NCBI GenBank assembly: GCA_036351295.1
Contig: JAZBOT010000110.1
Location: forward strand, 3,567 to 67,566
Length of the DNA: 64,000 bases
Direction: 5' to 3'
DNA from: Gammaproteobacteria bacterium
GTDB taxonomy: Bacteria; Pseudomonadota; Gammaproteobacteria; Steroidobacterales; GCA-2729495
In this document: positions 28,849 to 37,733 of the stretch, piece after piece
How the letters are laid out: each line of letters begins with the position of its first letter
Numbering within the stretch: position 1 is the stretch's first letter
Program-made: the position numbers and the translations under genes
The notes under the pieces: generated by a model
What the model was told of the DNA's origin: nothing
Seen by the model: only the letters and a program-made list of their open reading frames with translations
The model's database searches: none

Positions 28849-28879
28849 AACGGGCCCCGCGAGGGGCCCGTTTGGTTTG
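28849..28879 (+). terminator. Rho-independent terminator after the DUF1838-like gene
   Basis: AACGGGCCCC-GCGA-GGGGCCCGTT perfect 10-bp stem followed by TGGTTTG. Confidence 0.75.
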
Positions 28880-28956
28880 CAGCGATCGGTGTTCGGCGGG
28901 CTAAGACCGACTGCTGTGCTAACATCAGCGACTCTCAGCTTTGCTTGTGGTCGCGC

Positions 28957-30393
28957 ATGAGCCTCTTCATACCGGATTTCACCAGGCTGTCGGTACTGGT
29001 TGTCGGCGATTTGATGGTCGACCAGTACTGGTTCGGCCCGACTTCGCGCATCTCTCCGGAGGCCCCGGTCCCGGTTGTCCGCGTCACGGCGCGCGAGGAT
29101 CGCGCCGGCGGCGCGGCCAACGTGGTCATGAACCTGCTGCGGCTGGGGGCACAGACGCGCTGTTGCGGGGTGGTCGGCAACGATGCGGCCGGCGACGAGC
29201 TGCAGGCGCTGCTCCAGCGGGAGGGCGCGCAGACACTGCTGGTGCGTTCGCCACGGCACCCTACGATCACCAAGCTCCGCGTGCTCAGCCGCAATCAGCA
29301 GCTGATCAGGCTCGATACCGAGCAGCATTGCCCTACGGCTGACGCGGCTGCTGTTGCCGATCTGGCCGGCTCCGCCGTCGCGGATTGCGATGTCTGTATT
29401 CTGTCTGACTACGGCAAGGGCGCGCTGGCCGAAGTCGCGCAGTTAATCGCTGCCTGCCGCGCCGCCGGCGTGCCTGTGCTGGTGGATCCCAAAGGCACGG
29501 ATTTTTCGCGCTATCGGGGGGCGACCTTGCTGACACCCAACCTGGCCGAATTCGAGGCGGTCGCGGGTCAGGCGACCGACGATGACGACCTCGTCGCACG
29601 CGCCCAGGCGCTGCGCGCCGATCTGGACCTTGAGTATCTGATCGTTACGCTCAGCGAGCGGGGCATGCTGGTAGTGGCCGATGACGTGGCGCGCCGGTTG
29701 CCGGCGCGTGCCCGACAGGTGTTTGACGTAACCGGTGCGGGCGATACGGTCATCGGCTGCCTCGCAACCGGGCTCGCGGCCGGGCTCGGCATTGAGGCAG
29801 CGGCTGAATTGGCCAACCTGGCGGCCAGTCTCGTCGTTGCGAAGATTGGTGCGGCAGCAGTTACCCCGGCCGAGCTGAATCTTGCGCTGCATGAGCAGGG
29901 CGAGGGCGGGCGCGGATTGCTCACTCGCGAACAGGCCATCGCCGTTGCCCGCGAGACCCGCGAGCGGGGCGAGCGTCTGGTGGTGACCAACGGCTGCTTC
30001 GATATTCTGCATAAGGGCCACGTGGCCTATCTGCAGGAGGCGAAACAGCGGGGTGACCGGCTCATGGTGGCGGTAAACACCGATGCTTCAGTGGCGCGCC
30101 TCAAAGGCCCGGAGCGGCCTATCAACCCGCTGGCCGACCGCATGGCTGTGCTGGCAGGCCTCGCGGCAGTCGATTGGGTGGTGCCGTTTGCCGAGGACAC
30201 ACCGGCTGACCTGATTGCTGAGCTGTTGCCGGATGTACTGGTGAAAGGTGGCGACTATGCGCCGGAGGCCATTGCCGGTGCCCGGGCGGTGCTGGAAAAC
30301 GGCGGCACCGTCGAGGTGCTCAGTTTTCACGAGGGCCGTTCGACCAGTGCCCTGGTGGCCGCGATTCGCGGTGACGCTGCGGCTCGCAACTAG
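28957..30393 (+). CDS. hldE: Bifunctional D-beta-D-heptose 7-phosphate kinase / heptose 1-phosphate adenylyltransferase
   Basis: 478 aa from ATG 28957 (track ORF from 28786 has an implausible leader); VLVVGDLMVDQYW N-terminus; DVTGAGDT kinase motif; C-terminal cytidylyltransferase NGCFDILHKGHVAYL. Confidence 0.92.
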   Translation: MSLFIPDFTRLSVLVVGDLMVDQYWFGPTSRISPEAPVPVVRVTAREDRAGGAANVVMNLLRLGAQTRCCGVVGNDAAGDELQALLQREGAQTLLVRSPRHPTITKLRVLSRNQQLIRLDTEQHCPTADAAAVADLAGSAVADCDVCILSDYGKGALAEVAQLIAACRAAGVPVLVDPKGTDFSRYRGATLLTPNLAEFEAVAGQATDDDDLVARAQALRADLDLEYLIVTLSERGMLVVADDVARRLPARARQVFDVTGAGDTVIGCLATGLAAGLGIEAAAELANLAASLVVAKIGAAAVTPAELNLALHEQGEGGRGLLTREQAIAVARETRERGERLVVTNGCFDILHKGHVAYLQEAKQRGDRLMVAVNTDASVARLKGPERPINPLADRMAVLAGLAAVDWVVPFAEDTPADLIAELLPDVLVKGGDYAPEAIAGARAVLENGGTVEVLSFHEGRSTSALVAAIRGDAAARN

Positions 30394-30413
30394 CGGTCGG
30401 GAATCACTGGGCC

Positions 30414-31724
30414 ATGCATATCCTGCTGCGCCTGATCTACAGCGTTGCCACCTATCTGCTGGTGCCGCTGGTGCTGCTGCATCTGTACTGGAAGGGCTTC
30501 GGTAACCCGGCCTACCGGCTCCGTATTCCCGAGCGGTTTGGCTTTTACGCGGGGCGTGCGCCGACCGGTGTGATCTGGGTGCATGCCGTCTCTGTCGGCG
30601 AAGTGCAGGCGGCGGCGGCGCTGGTGCGGGAGCTCCTGCAGCGTTATCCGGCCCACAGAGTACTGGTGACCACGACGACGCCGACCGGGTCCGACCGCGT
30701 CCGCGCGCTGTTCGGTAACACCGTCGAGCATTGCTATGCGCCGTTCGACCTGGGTTGGTCGGTGCGGATGTTTTTCCAGCGTTACGCGCCCTGTGTAGCT
30801 ATCATCATGGAAACCGAAATATGGCCTAACCTGTTTCGGGAGTGCGGTGCGCGGCGTATTCCGCTGGTGCTGGCGAGCGCGCGACTGTCACCTACCTCTA
30901 TTGGCCGCTACCGTGCGCTGGTGAGCCTGTTCAAGGAAACGCTGTCGCACGGCATCGTGATCGCGGCGCAGACGCCCGCGGATGCCGAGCGGTTTATCTC
31001 CCTCGGCGCGGCACCTGAGCGGACGCAGGTGACGGGTAACATCAAATTCGACTTCGATTTGCCTGCCGGCGTGCCGGAAGAGGGCGCTTTACTAAGGCAA
31101 CGCTATGCCGGAGCGCGGCCGGTCTGGATTGCGGCCAGCACCCATGCCGGCGAAGAGGAGATTGTGCTGGCGGCGCACCGCCGGGTGCAGCAGCGGTACG
31201 CCGATGCGCTGCTGGTCCTTGTGCCGCGGCACCCGGAGCGCTTTGACGGAGTGGCTGCCCTGCTGGAGCGGCAGCGCTGGCAAGCCGTGCGGCGGAGTCG
31301 CGAGAGCAAAGCGGATGCGGCCACCGAAGTCCTGCTGGTTGATACCATGGGTGAACTCATGGCGTTTTACGCGGCGGGCGATGTGGCATTCGTCGCCGGC
31401 AGCCTGGTGAAAGTGGGGGGGCATAACCTGCTGGAACCGGCTGCGCTGCGCCTGCCCATGCTGAGCGGCCCGCACACCTTCAACGCGCAGGATATCGCGG
31501 AGCTGCTGCGCGGTGAGGGCGTCGTCACGATCGTTGCAAACGCCGACCAGCTCGCCGAAGCCGTCATCGCGCTTTTTAACGACCCGGCTGAGCGCCTGCG
31601 TCAGGGCAAGCTGGCCGAAGCGCTGATCCGCGACAGTCGCGGCGCGCTGGACCGCCTGCTGGGCCTGATAGACCCGCTGCTCAGCGGCTCGGGTACTGCT
31701 GCTGACCCTCGCCACCCGGATTAG
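30414..31724 (+). CDS. waaA: 3-deoxy-D-manno-octulosonic acid (Kdo) transferase
   Basis: 436 aa; N-terminal anchor; IWVHAVSVGEVQAA motif; GGSLVKVGGHNLLEPA-type C-terminal motif. Confidence 0.9.
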   Translation: MHILLRLIYSVATYLLVPLVLLHLYWKGFGNPAYRLRIPERFGFYAGRAPTGVIWVHAVSVGEVQAAAALVRELLQRYPAHRVLVTTTTPTGSDRVRALFGNTVEHCYAPFDLGWSVRMFFQRYAPCVAIIMETEIWPNLFRECGARRIPLVLASARLSPTSIGRYRALVSLFKETLSHGIVIAAQTPADAERFISLGAAPERTQVTGNIKFDFDLPAGVPEEGALLRQRYAGARPVWIAASTHAGEEEIVLAAHRRVQQRYADALLVLVPRHPERFDGVAALLERQRWQAVRRSRESKADAATEVLLVDTMGELMAFYAAGDVAFVAGSLVKVGGHNLLEPAALRLPMLSGPHTFNAQDIAELLRGEGVVTIVANADQLAEAVIALFNDPAERLRQGKLAEALIRDSRGALDRLLGLIDPLLSGSGTAADPRHPD

Positions 31725-33267
31725 ACGGCACCGAGGTTTCTTCCAGCTGGGCATCCGGTGCGCCACCGCGACCCGGGATTTTCTCGATATCGGTGTTGCG
31801 CGCCAGCCAGTTGTTGAGCTCGGCCACGTCCTCCGGCTCCAGCGTGCCCGAAGCTTGCTTCAGCCGCAGCACGTTAATGAGGTAATCATACTTGGCACGG
31901 GCATACAGCGTCTGGGCGCGAAACAGCGAGTCGCGCGAGTTCAGTACGTCAACCGTGGTCCGCGTGCCCACGTCGTAACCGGCTTCGGTCGCTTCGAGCG
32001 CCACGTTGTTGGACTCGACCGAGCGCGCCAGTGCCTCCACCCGGGCGATTTCTGCGATCACGCCGAGATATGCGTCGCGCGACTCGCGCTCGGTCTGGCG
32101 GGCGACGCGCTCGTAGTTTTCCCGCGCGGCACGATGCAGGTAGACCGCTTCCTGAATTTGCGATGAGACGCCGCCGCCGGAAAACACCGGCAGGGCGAAC
32201 TGCACCCCGTAGCTTAGATCATCTGAGTCTGAGAAATTCGGGTTCGTCCTGTCTACAGTGACTGGCTCGCCTGTAATGGGGTCAAGGACCGGTGCGCCTG
32301 TAACGGGATCCCTTACAGCAACATCGAACGTGGTTTGAGTACCATCGACACGACTGTTGCCGTAGGACGCGACCAAGTCGAGCGTGGGCATTCTTCCCGC
32401 GCGGGCAATTTGCACATCAGCACGAGTGATTTCGGTGCCGATCTTGGCGGATTCCAATAACGCGTTCTGCTGCAGGGCGATATCGACCCAGTCCTGTTCG
32501 ACCTGCGGGTCGGGCGGCACCAGCGGGAACTCCTCGCCGGGCGTGGCCAGCTGTTCGGGGTATTCCCCGGTGACCTCGCGCAGCGCTTCCTTGGCGTTGG
32601 CGAGCGCACGCCGCGCCGCGATCTCGGTGGCGGTAGCATCATCGAAGGCCGCCTGCGATTCCTTAACGTCCGTGATCGCGATCAAACCTACTTCGAAGCG
32701 CCGCTCGGCCTGTTCGAGCTGGCGGCCAATGGCCTCCTTGGCGGCCCGCTCTGCCTCGAGCGTATCCTGCGCTGCCAGCACGTTAAAGTAGGCTTCCGCC
32801 ACGCGCACGACCAGGTCCTGCTCGGCCGCTTCGAAATCGGCCTGCGCCTGCGCGACTTCCTTCGACGACCGCTTCAGGGTGCGCCACTGAGCGGTGTTAA
32901 ACAGCGACTGCCGGAGGTTGAGGTTCCAGCCCCAGCGATCCGACTCTGACTCGCGCGTAAATTGCGGCAGCGTTTCCTCAAAACCGAAACCGAACACTGA
33001 AACGCTTTGCGAATCAAAACGCTCCCAGCGCGCACTCGCATCGATCTGCGGCAGCAGGTTGGCCCGCGCCTGCGGGTAACGTTCCAGCCGTGCCATCATG
33101 TTGGCTTCGGCTTCGCGAATCGCCGGATCGTTGCGGCGCGCTTTCTGATAAGTGGTGACCAGGTCATCGGCCACGGCTGCGCCGCCCGCCAGCAACAGGA
33201 TGCTTAACAGCGCCGCGCGCAGTATTCCGGATTTAGCAGTCAATTCGTTGCTCTTCAATTTAGACAT
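31681..33267 (-). CDS. tolC: TolC-family outer membrane efflux protein
   Basis: 528 aa; signal peptide; DLVTTYQKARRNDPAIREAEA start of mature protein; duplicated OEP repeat; low-complexity C-terminal tail. Confidence 0.88.
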   Translation of the reverse strand: MSKLKSNELTAKSGILRAALLSILLLAGGAAVADDLVTTYQKARRNDPAIREAEANMMARLERYPQARANLLPQIDASARWERFDSQSVSVFGFGFEETLPQFTRESESDRWGWNLNLRQSLFNTAQWRTLKRSSKEVAQAQADFEAAEQDLVVRVAEAYFNVLAAQDTLEAERAAKEAIGRQLEQAERRFEVGLIAITDVKESQAAFDDATATEIAARRALANAKEALREVTGEYPEQLATPGEEFPLVPPDPQVEQDWVDIALQQNALLESAKIGTEITRADVQIARAGRMPTLDLVASYGNSRVDGTQTTFDVAVRDPVTGAPVLDPITGEPVTVDRTNPNFSDSDDLSYGVQFALPVFSGGGVSSQIQEAVYLHRAARENYERVARQTERESRDAYLGVIAEIARVEALARSVESNNVALEATEAGYDVGTRTTVDVLNSRDSLFRAQTLYARAKYDYLINVLRLKQASGTLEPEDVAELNNWLARNTDIEKIPGRGGAPDAQLEETSVPSNPGGEGQQQYPSR

Positions 33268-33348
33268 TCAGCCAACAGCGCTGATGATACTAGAAGTCGG
33301 CGCGATGCAGGCACTCGGATTCTATATCCGCCTGATAGTAGCGTGCCG

Positions 33349-33666
33349 CTAGCGTCTGACCCCGGGGTCCACGTCATCAGCCCATGCCTCGATGCCGCCG
33401 GCCAGGTTGATGACGTCGGCAAAGCCCTGGCTGGCAAGAAAGGCGGCGACCTGGGCGCTCCGCCCACCCAGATGGCACATGCAGACAATGGTTTTATCGC
33501 GGTTGAGCTCATGGAGCCGCGCGGGGATCTCCCCCATGGGGATGTGCAGCGCATCGGCTACCGCGGCGGCAGCTAGTTCAGCCGGCTCGCGGACGTCCAG
33601 CAGCAGAGTCGATTCCGGGTTGCGGCTGAGCAGTTCCGCCGCCTCCTTAGCTGAAATTTCTTGCAT
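33349..33666 (-). CDS. Rhodanese-domain sulfurtransferase (GlpE-like)
   Basis: 105 aa; active-site loop CHLGGRS. Confidence 0.8.
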   Translation of the reverse strand: MQEISAKEAAELLSRNPESTLLLDVREPAELAAAAVADALHIPMGEIPARLHELNRDKTIVCMCHLGGRSAQVAAFLASQGFADVINLAGGIEAWADDVDPGVRR

Positions 33667-33669
33667 GAT

Positions 33670-34329
33670 TTATAACCTGAATGGGGCGGAGTCAGAGGTT
33701 GCTGCGCTGCTGAGCTCCAGCGGCGGCAGCACGGTTTCGAACACAGTTTCGCGGCTGTATCGGGAGTCGACGCGCTGCACCCGCTGCACGGTCATGCACT
33801 GGGCTGCACCGGTCGTTACGACGAGTGCGCCAGTCGGCGTCAGCCAGTCGACCAGGCGCTCGTCCAGTACCGGCAGCGAACCGCTGATCAAAATTCGGTC
33901 AAATTGCCGATCCGGGCGGTACTGCTGATAGTCCACGGTGAGCAGCGTGGCATTGCTGACCGCCGCTGCGGCCAGTTGCGCGGTCGCGGCAGCCGTGAGT
34001 TCCGCATACTTGTCGATGGCAGTGACGCGCTGCGCCAGCCGCGCCAGTACACCAGCCAAGTAGCCGCTGCCGGTGCCGATCAACAGCACTTCAGCATCAG
34101 GCTGCGGGTGCAGCGCTACCAGCAAACGACCCTCAATGGCAGGCCGCAGCATGCACTGCCCATGCGGCAGCGGGATAGCGGTATCGGCAAACGCCAGTGA
34201 GCGGTAGCGTGCCGGAACGAACTGCTCGCGCGGCACCGCGCGCAGCGCCTCCAGCACTGCGGCATCGAACACATGCCAGGGTCTGACCTGCTGGTTAATC
34301 ATCTGCATTCGGTCGGCTTCGGTTAGCAT
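33670..34329 (-). CDS. Protein-L-isoaspartate O-methyltransferase-family protein
   Basis: 219 aa from ATG 34329 (track ORF to 34410); SAM motif VLLIGTGSGYLAGVLA; FVP...AFADTAIPL motif; tolC-adjacent as in other gammaproteobacteria. Confidence 0.75.
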   Translation of the reverse strand: MLTEADRMQMINQQVRPWHVFDAAVLEALRAVPREQFVPARYRSLAFADTAIPLPHGQCMLRPAIEGRLLVALHPQPDAEVLLIGTGSGYLAGVLARLAQRVTAIDKYAELTAAATAQLAAAAVSNATLLTVDYQQYRPDRQFDRILISGSLPVLDERLVDWLTPTGALVVTTGAAQCMTVQRVQRVDSRYSRETVFETVLPPLELSSAATSDSAPFRL

Positions 34330-34627
34330 CGTGTCGGGTGCACCTGTAAAGCTGTCGTTACGCGCGCCTGCGCGGGCGCCAAAGATTACAGCAAGCGCGG
34401 CCCGGCGCAAGCTGGATTATGGTGAATGGCGGGGTTGCGGCCGGGCCCCTTGCTGTATTCTGCATAACTTGATGCGTCTTCGCCGCGACCGTCGATGTGC
34501 GCGTAACCTACTGACATACGGCCCTTTTGTGCGGCACGTCAAATAATGATAACAACACGATGCTGTCAGCTCTTCGCACTTGCTGCCCACCTGTAGTCGA
34601 CCGGCGTCGCCGGCCTGCAGGCTGCCC

Positions 34628-36937
34628 ATGATCGCTTATGGTCCAGTCATCCTGGCTGCGCTCATCGCGGTCGCTTTCGCGATCGCCTGGGTGTATTCGC
34701 GTTATGCCCTGCGCGAATACCGCAAGCGCGTTGACAAGCTGCACGGCGAAGTCGTTGAGGCAGCGGCGAACGCGAGTTTCGGCCGCCGTGTCGAGGGTGT
34801 CGATGATGTGCTGCTGGATCGTCTCGGTGCGGCCTTCAATCAACTGTTTGAGGCGCTTGAAGCCAAAGACTCGCAGTCCCGCCAGCGCGAGGACCTGTTT
34901 CTCGATCTGGCCAACGTGATGCCCGAGGTCGTCCTCGTGCATACCGATACCATCGTGTTTGCCAATGAGCGGGCGGCCGAGTTGCTCGGTGTGCCGGCCG
35001 CAGAGCTGGTGGGTCGTGCCGTGCAGGACTTGATTCGGCCGGCTTACCGCAGGTTCGCCCGGGAAATCATCAGCCAGCAGCTGGAGGGCGATAACGGCGG
35101 CAGGAGTTACGAGCTGCAGTTGATCGATGGCGACGAGCGGGCGCGTTGGGCCGAGGCAACAGGCAAACGTATTCAATTTCGCGGCCGCACGGTCGTGTTG
35201 ACCGTTGCGCGGGACATCACCTACCGAAAGAGTGTCGAGGCGGCTCTGAGCCGCGGCCGGCAGCAGGCACAAATTACGCTCGAATCGCTCGGTGAGGGCG
35301 TCATAACCACCGATACCAGCACGGTTATCGACTACATGAACGCGGCCGCGGAGAAACTCACCGGAGTAGCCCGGGAAACGGGTGTGGGGCAGCCGTTTGC
35401 GGAGGTGGTCAAGCTGGTCGACGAAGGTGACCGCCGCAGCCTTGATAACCCGGTCGCGCGTGCCCTGCAGCAGGGCAGCCGGGTCACCATGGGCCGCCGT
35501 GCACTGCTGATGCAGACTGGCGGCTCGGCGGAGTTCTCCATCGATGCAGCCGCATCACCGATTGTGGCGCCGGACCGCAGTGTGACCGGCGTGGTGGTTA
35601 TGTTGCGTGATGTCAGCGAGCTGCGGGGTATGGCTCGCGAAATGAGCTACCAGGCCACCCACGATGCGCTGACCGGACTGATTAACCGGCGGGAGTTTGA
35701 GCGTCAGGTGAACCTGGCTATGGAGGCCGCACGCAAAGACGATGAGCACCACGTGCTCTGCTACCTCGATCTCGATCGCTTCAAAGTGGTTAACGACACC
35801 TGCGGCCACGCGGCCGGCGACAATCTGCTGCGCGAGATCGCGGCAAAGCTCAGGCAGCAGGTGCGTGATTCGGACGTGGTCGCGCGGCAGGGCGGCGACG
35901 AGTTCGGCATGTTGCTGGTCGGGTGCCCGCTGCCCAAGGCCCGGCAAATTGCCGAAGACGTTTGCGACACGGTGCGCAATTACCGATTTACCTGGCAGGA
36001 CCGCATTTTCGACATTGGCATCAGTATCGGGCTCGTCGAAATCAGCAATCAGTCCAGCTCGCTTGAGGATGTGCTCAGCGCTGCCGACTCGGCCTGTTAC
36101 GTGGCCAAGCAGCGCGGCCGCGGCCGAGTGCACGTGTATTCTGCGCGTGACGAGCTGGCGGCCCGGCAGCGCGGCGAGATCCACTGGTTGCGCAAACTGC
36201 AGACCGCGCTTCGCGAAAACAGTTTCGAGCTATACATCCAGCCGATTATTTCACTGGCGGGCCGCATCCCGCGCGGTCCGGCAACAGAAGTGCTGGTGAG
36301 ATTGCGCGATGAAACTGATGGTCTGGTGCTACCGCGCGAGTTTATTCCGGCCGCGGAGCGCTATCAGCTGATCGGTGCGGTCGATCGCTGGGTTCTGCAA
36401 ACGGCGCTGGCGGCGGTTGCCAGCGGCACGATCCGGCTGCCTGACGCGCGCAGTATGGCAATCAATATCTCGGGGCAGACGATGGCCGAAGAAGGCTTTC
36501 TCGACTTTGTCGTTCAGGCCCTCGATCACACGGGCGTCAATCCTGAGCAGTTGTGCTTCGAGGTACGCGAGAGCTCGGTGCTGCGGGATATCGATCACGC
36601 GCGGCGGTTCATCGGGGTGCTGCACGGCATGGGCTGCACGTTTGGGCTGGATGATTTCGGCAGCGATGTGGGGTCACTGGCCAGCCTGCAGGGTCTCGGT
36701 ATCGACTTCCTGAAGCTCGATGGCTCCTGCACTCGCAACCTGGTGGTTGACAGCGTGAACCATGAGCTGGTGGCGGCCGTGACGCGCCTGTCGCGGGCCG
36801 TGGGTTTCAAGGTGGTGGCCGAGCAGGTTGAAGATGAGCTGACGTTCAGCAACCTGCGCCAGCTGGGTGTGAATTTTGTTCAGGGCAACTACGTAGAGCC
36901 GCCGCGTGCACTCGGCAGCCAGCCGGCAAGTAGCTGA
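34628..36937 (+). CDS. Membrane-anchored PAS-PAS-GGDEF-EAL c-di-GMP signalling protein
   Basis: 769 aa from ATG 34628; one N-terminal TM; GGDEF intact (ARQGGDEFGML) with RDSD I-site; EAL domain with EVLVR, NISGQT, GLDDFGSD, FLKLDGS motifs. Confidence 0.88.
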   Translation: MIAYGPVILAALIAVAFAIAWVYSRYALREYRKRVDKLHGEVVEAAANASFGRRVEGVDDVLLDRLGAAFNQLFEALEAKDSQSRQREDLFLDLANVMPEVVLVHTDTIVFANERAAELLGVPAAELVGRAVQDLIRPAYRRFAREIISQQLEGDNGGRSYELQLIDGDERARWAEATGKRIQFRGRTVVLTVARDITYRKSVEAALSRGRQQAQITLESLGEGVITTDTSTVIDYMNAAAEKLTGVARETGVGQPFAEVVKLVDEGDRRSLDNPVARALQQGSRVTMGRRALLMQTGGSAEFSIDAAASPIVAPDRSVTGVVVMLRDVSELRGMAREMSYQATHDALTGLINRREFERQVNLAMEAARKDDEHHVLCYLDLDRFKVVNDTCGHAAGDNLLREIAAKLRQQVRDSDVVARQGGDEFGMLLVGCPLPKARQIAEDVCDTVRNYRFTWQDRIFDIGISIGLVEISNQSSSLEDVLSAADSACYVAKQRGRGRVHVYSARDELAARQRGEIHWLRKLQTALRENSFELYIQPIISLAGRIPRGPATEVLVRLRDETDGLVLPREFIPAAERYQLIGAVDRWVLQTALAAVASGTIRLPDARSMAINISGQTMAEEGFLDFVVQALDHTGVNPEQLCFEVRESSVLRDIDHARRFIGVLHGMGCTFGLDDFGSDVGSLASLQGLGIDFLKLDGSCTRNLVVDSVNHELVAAVTRLSRAVGFKVVAEQVEDELTFSNLRQLGVNFVQGNYVEPPRALGSQPASS

Positions 36938-36992
36938 AATGTCGCGCGCAATGGGTTAGCCTGAACCATCAGCATCTGTCGGGTTGGTCTCC

Positions 36993-37706
36993 ATGCTCTC
37001 GTTTGTGTTTCTCGCCTTTGCGGCCATTCATTTAGCGATTTGGTTTTACGGCTGGTACGCCTGGTCGCGCAATGAGCGCCCGCGTGCGCTGTTTCTGATC
37101 CTGTTCAGCGGCACGCTGCTGTTTTTCGACAACCTGCGGATCGGCAGCGGCCGTTTCATTGGTGAGGGGGAAGTGCTTGAGGCAATGACTGTCGCGGCCT
37201 TTGCCTGGCACTGGACCATGTTGCCGCTACTGGTGATTGCCGCCGGCATCATTGCCCGCCGCGCAGGCCTGCGCTTTGCGCAAAGCAGATTGGCCATCGG
37301 TGCGTTTTGCCTGGTTGCCAGCGTGCTCATTGCGCTGGACCTGCCCAAAATCTTTGAACTTGAGCTGCACCCCGCGTGCGTCGCCGACACGGTGCGCTAC
37401 ACCACCAACGTGAGCGAGCAGCAGCTCTGTCGCCCGACAGACTCGGTAGTTTCGGACGGCGCCGGCGCCGCGTTCGTTGCCATTGCCACCAACGTGATCG
37501 TGCTGCTGGTCGGGATAGCTATCTGGGTGCGGCGCAAGTGGCCGTGGATGGCTCTGGGTGCCGGTGCCATGTTCGTTGCGGCCGGCGCATTTGCCGGCTC
37601 GTACTACGCGTTGCCGATCGCCAATTTCGGCGAGATACTGATCACGCTGGGCCTCATCGCCTCGGCTATTCGGTTTCGCGGGGAGCCCGAAGCCCGGCCG
37701 GCCTGA
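36993..37706 (+). CDS. Hypothetical polytopic membrane protein
   Basis: About 237 aa (ATG 36993 or TTG 36984); 6-7 hydrophobic helices; no family recognised. Confidence 0.5.
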   Translation: MLSFVFLAFAAIHLAIWFYGWYAWSRNERPRALFLILFSGTLLFFDNLRIGSGRFIGEGEVLEAMTVAAFAWHWTMLPLLVIAAGIIARRAGLRFAQSRLAIGAFCLVASVLIALDLPKIFELELHPACVADTVRYTTNVSEQQLCRPTDSVVSDGAGAAFVAIATNVIVLLVGIAIWVRRKWPWMALGAGAMFVAAGAFAGSYYALPIANFGEILITLGLIASAIRFRGEPEARPA

Positions 37707-37733
37707 CGGAATTGTGCGGCTGCGCGCAGGTCA

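Noticed and set aside
28786-28956. N-terminal extensions offered by the ORF track, e.g. hldE from 28786, also flhG from 18434, fliI from 6213, pgk from 52240, rnd to 41080, mgtE to 60418, peroxiredoxin to 57774.
   Set aside because: The extensions overlap neighbouring genes or terminators and translate to Arg-rich nonsense. Internal ATG/GTG starts give canonical N-termini.
32230-32310. Imperfect tandem repeat in tolC encoding DPVTGAPVL/DPITGEPVT.
   Set aside because: It falls in the predicted extracellular loop between two beta strands, where TolC homologues (including E. coli) already have long variable loops. This is probably ordinary loop variation.
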